Assembly: GCA_965369865.1 (NCBI GenBank)
Contig: CBDURU010000067.1
Span: 1 to 19,466 of the forward strand
Length of the DNA stretch: 19,466 nucleotides
From: an uncultured bacterium
Lineage (GTDB): Bacteria > JAJVIF01 > JAPKYR01
Direction of reading: 5' to 3'
The notes under the pieces: model-generated
Told to the model about the DNA's origin: nothing
Seen by the model: the letters and a program-made list of their open reading frames with translations, nothing else
The model's database searches: none
Shown: in pieces, positions 17,292-19,466 of the stretch
How the letters are laid out: the number at the start of each line of letters is the position of its first letter
Position numbering within the stretch: the first letter of the stretch is position 1
Position numbers and translations under genes: made by a program

Positions 17292-17551
17292 CCGGGTGCC
17301 GCCCACAAGCGCGATACATATATTTATAAAAGTAAATATGTATTGAAGTGTCCGGAAACAGTCTTAGTCATTAAAAATAAGTGAGCTTGTGGGTGAATCG
17401 ATATGTCCAATCTGATTTTTTCTCCGGGTGCCGCCCACATGCGTGATACATGAATTTATAAAAGTAAATATGTATTGAAGTGTCCGGAAACAGTCTCAGT
17501 CATTAAAAATAAATGAGCTTGTGGGTGAATCGATATGTTCAATCTTATTTT
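17292..17551 (+). repeat. Tandem duplication of a 128-bp structured non-coding unit (period 132 bp)
   Basis: 17292-17419 and 17424-17551, 8 mismatches by manual alignment; each unit holds CCCACAAGC...GCTTGTGGG inverted arms (one mismatch in copy 2). Confidence 0.93.
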
Positions 17552-17579
17552 GATACACCTCCACGCGAGCTTGCGAGCT

Positions 17580-17608
17580 TTGAGGTGCATCACCTCATTT
17601 GGTATACT
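17580..17608 (+). promoter_or_regulatory. Candidate promoter for the 17644 gene
   Basis: TTGAGG, 17 nt spacer, TATACT with an extended -10 TG; the -35 lies in the right arm of a hairpin (17552-17591). Confidence 0.45.
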
Positions 17609-17643
17609 TATCCCACACATGCCGATTAATTGGAGGTTAGGTT

Positions 17644-19466
17644 ATGGCTAACATTATCAAGTTTATACTTATCGTAACTTGTGTGGTAATGGTACTCACT
17701 GGATGTTCCGGAAGCGGCGGACCGTCCACCCCCGACACGGAATCCGATCCATCCGATTTTATAAACCCGATATCGGATCGAAACGCGACTGAGTCGGCAG
17801 TTAACCACATCTGCCTTCTCTACAACCTGATCTATGTCGATGCAACTGATCCTGATAATGTGAACTTCGAGATTGTCCCAGTACGCTCCGGGTCGATCCA
17901 TCTGAATATTTTGAAATTACTCGAAGTCGGCCCGTGCACCGACTGCTTCAAAATCGTTGGATTCAATATTCCTGAGCCAGGTTTACTGGACGTCGATATC
18001 GAGATCACTCATCCATTCGATGATTTGAAATTTACGATTTTCGATGTCCGGGGAATCATGATGTTTAACGGGACACACTTGTTCCCGACATCAGGCTTAA
18101 CGATGTCGGATACATCTATCGGTGACGGTGGTCTTCTGAATGCAGATGGCTATTCCGCCCTTTGCAATGGAAACACTATCGACGCTCCGGTCGGCGATTT
18201 TCAAAAATACTACGAGGGAAATTTCGCGACACCTGCGATCCCAAATTCCGACATCAATGGCTATAAATATTTCATCACAGACAACCCATTTAACAACCGA
18301 AACGCATTCTTCGCCGACTCATCGGATGTTGTAACCTTCTCCCTGAAACTCCCAACCGGCCCGTTTGTTCTCGGCTACGCGGTCGATGCCAACTGGTGGC
18401 CGCCGATTTCGGAGCCAGTTTACTACCCGATAACCGACTTTGGTCCTGAGGCGAATTGCCCGGAGGGATGGAAAATCGAGGTAACCGACACGCCTGTCGG
18501 TGATGGTCTTACAGATTGTGGTGGACAAGCCAAGCTAACCATCGATGTTTACGACTGGCAGGGGAAAGACGATGCGCATTCGCCTCTTGTCGAGTGTCCG
18601 GAGTTGTTCGATGGAGAGGTCGTGGCAGCCTGGAAAGCTGATGAAGTCAGTTTCACAACTTATGAAGCGGTTGTAGAGAACACCAATAATGCTCCAGTGG
18701 GAACATACAGATGTCTTGTGAGCAAGGAAGCGGTGGAAAATGACCCTTCAAAACCCTGGCTCGACATCACTGCTTACCAGCTTCATGAGCTTGAAGTGGT
18801 TGTCGAGACAAAGATGCCTCCGACCGCCGTGGCGGAAGCGAGCCAATTGAAAGCGTATGTCGAGGAGGCTATCTCCTTTGACGCATCTGGCTCGCATGAC
18901 AACGACTGCGGCAACCAGGCGATAATCAATTACGAATGGGACTGGGAAAACGACGGCACGTATGACGAGGAGGGATCCGCCGCGGCGGATCACTCGTGGT
19001 CAACTGAGGGAATCTACCATGTGCAGCTCAGGGTCACGGACGACGAAAATCAGACCGACACGCTGGATGAACCGCTGGAGGTTGTAATTTCCATCGGCAA
19101 CCTTATCTGGGCGAAACGCGCCGGAGGAGCTTCTTATGATATCGGCTATGGAATCACGATGCTTTCGGACAATTCGACCGTAGTCACAGGATATTTTACA
19201 GACTGGGCCACATTCGGTCCGGGCGAGCTGAACCAGACAGCCCTGACTTCCGCTGGAGTTGGCGATATCTTCATCGCGCGTTACAACCCGGACGGCACAC
19301 TCGCCTGGGCGAAAAGCGCCGGAGGTTCATCTTATGATAATGGCAATGGAATCACGACGCTTTCGGACAATTCGACAGTCGTGACAGGAACGTTTGGTTA
19401 TCAAAGTGGAGGATCAGCCACATTCGGACCGGGCGAGCCGAACCAGACAGTCCTGACTTCCGCTGG
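17644..19466 (+). CDS. Fourth paralogous lipoprotein (partial, runs off the window): family N-terminal module, PKD domain, beta-propeller repeats
   Basis: Translated by hand: GGAGG SD, MANIIKFILIVTCVVMVLTGCSG lipobox, open for 607 codons to the window end; HLNILKLLEVGPCTDC, LGYAVDANW, ECPELF; PKD (about 18817-19089) FDASGSHD...YEWDW...Y.VQLRVTD; WAKRAGG repeats from 19108. Confidence 0.92.
   Translation, partial: MANIIKFILIVTCVVMVLTGCSGSGGPSTPDTESDPSDFINPISDRNATESAVNHICLLYNLIYVDATDPDNVNFEIVPVRSGSIHLNILKLLEVGPCTDCFKIVGFNIPEPGLLDVDIEITHPFDDLKFTIFDVRGIMMFNGTHLFPTSGLTMSDTSIGDGGLLNADGYSALCNGNTIDAPVGDFQKYYEGNFATPAIPNSDINGYKYFITDNPFNNRNAFFADSSDVVTFSLKLPTGPFVLGYAVDANWWPPISEPVYYPITDFGPEANCPEGWKIEVTDTPVGDGLTDCGGQAKLTIDVYDWQGKDDAHSPLVECPELFDGEVVAAWKADEVSFTTYEAVVENTNNAPVGTYRCLVSKEAVENDPSKPWLDITAYQLHELEVVVETKMPPTAVAEASQLKAYVEEAISFDASGSHDNDCGNQAIINYEWDWENDGTYDEEGSAAADHSWSTEGIYHVQLRVTDDENQTDTLDEPLEVVISIGNLIWAKRAGGASYDIGYGITMLSDNSTVVTGYFTDWATFGPGELNQTALTSAGVGDIFIARYNPDGTLAWAKSAGGSSYDNGNGITTLSDNSTVVTGTFGYQSGGSATFGPGEPNQTVLTSA

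Noticed and set aside
1..19466. Diversity-generating retroelement acting on the paralogs
   Set aside because: No reverse transcriptase and no template/variable repeat pair with adenine-only differences; mismatches in the 17292-17551 and 19108-19466 repeats involve all bases

Overview
Bacterial chromosomal window (sigma70-type promoters, GGAGG-type Shine-Dalgarno sites, lipoprotein signal peptides); the lineage cannot be named from sequence alone. Recognisable genes: NADP-glutamate dehydrogenase (gdhA), a YegS/DagK-type lipid kinase, an M16 zinc peptidase, a GT4 glycosyltransferase, a histidine ammonia-lyase with an atypical Thr-Ser-Gly MIO triad, an Ig-like (Big_2) lipoprotein and several small membrane or secreted proteins. 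The main signal is four paralogous large lipoproteins (60..1430, 1898..4447, 4785..7079 and 17644..>19466; the last is absent from the ORF track because it runs off the end). They share an unrecognised N-terminal module of about 350 aa with a CxxC motif, and each carries a different C-terminal domain (Fn3-like, SBBP beta-propeller, BNR-like propeller, PKD plus near-identical propeller repeats). This suggests a modular surface-display family. The intergenic DNA holds several distinct palindromic or REP-like repeat types, a 180-bp-period composite repeat, a 132-bp-period structured tandem duplication and a candidate structured leader RNA. No rRNA, tRNA, CRISPR array, transposase, integrase or reverse transcriptase was seen. 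All family names come from motif recognition by eye, not database searches.
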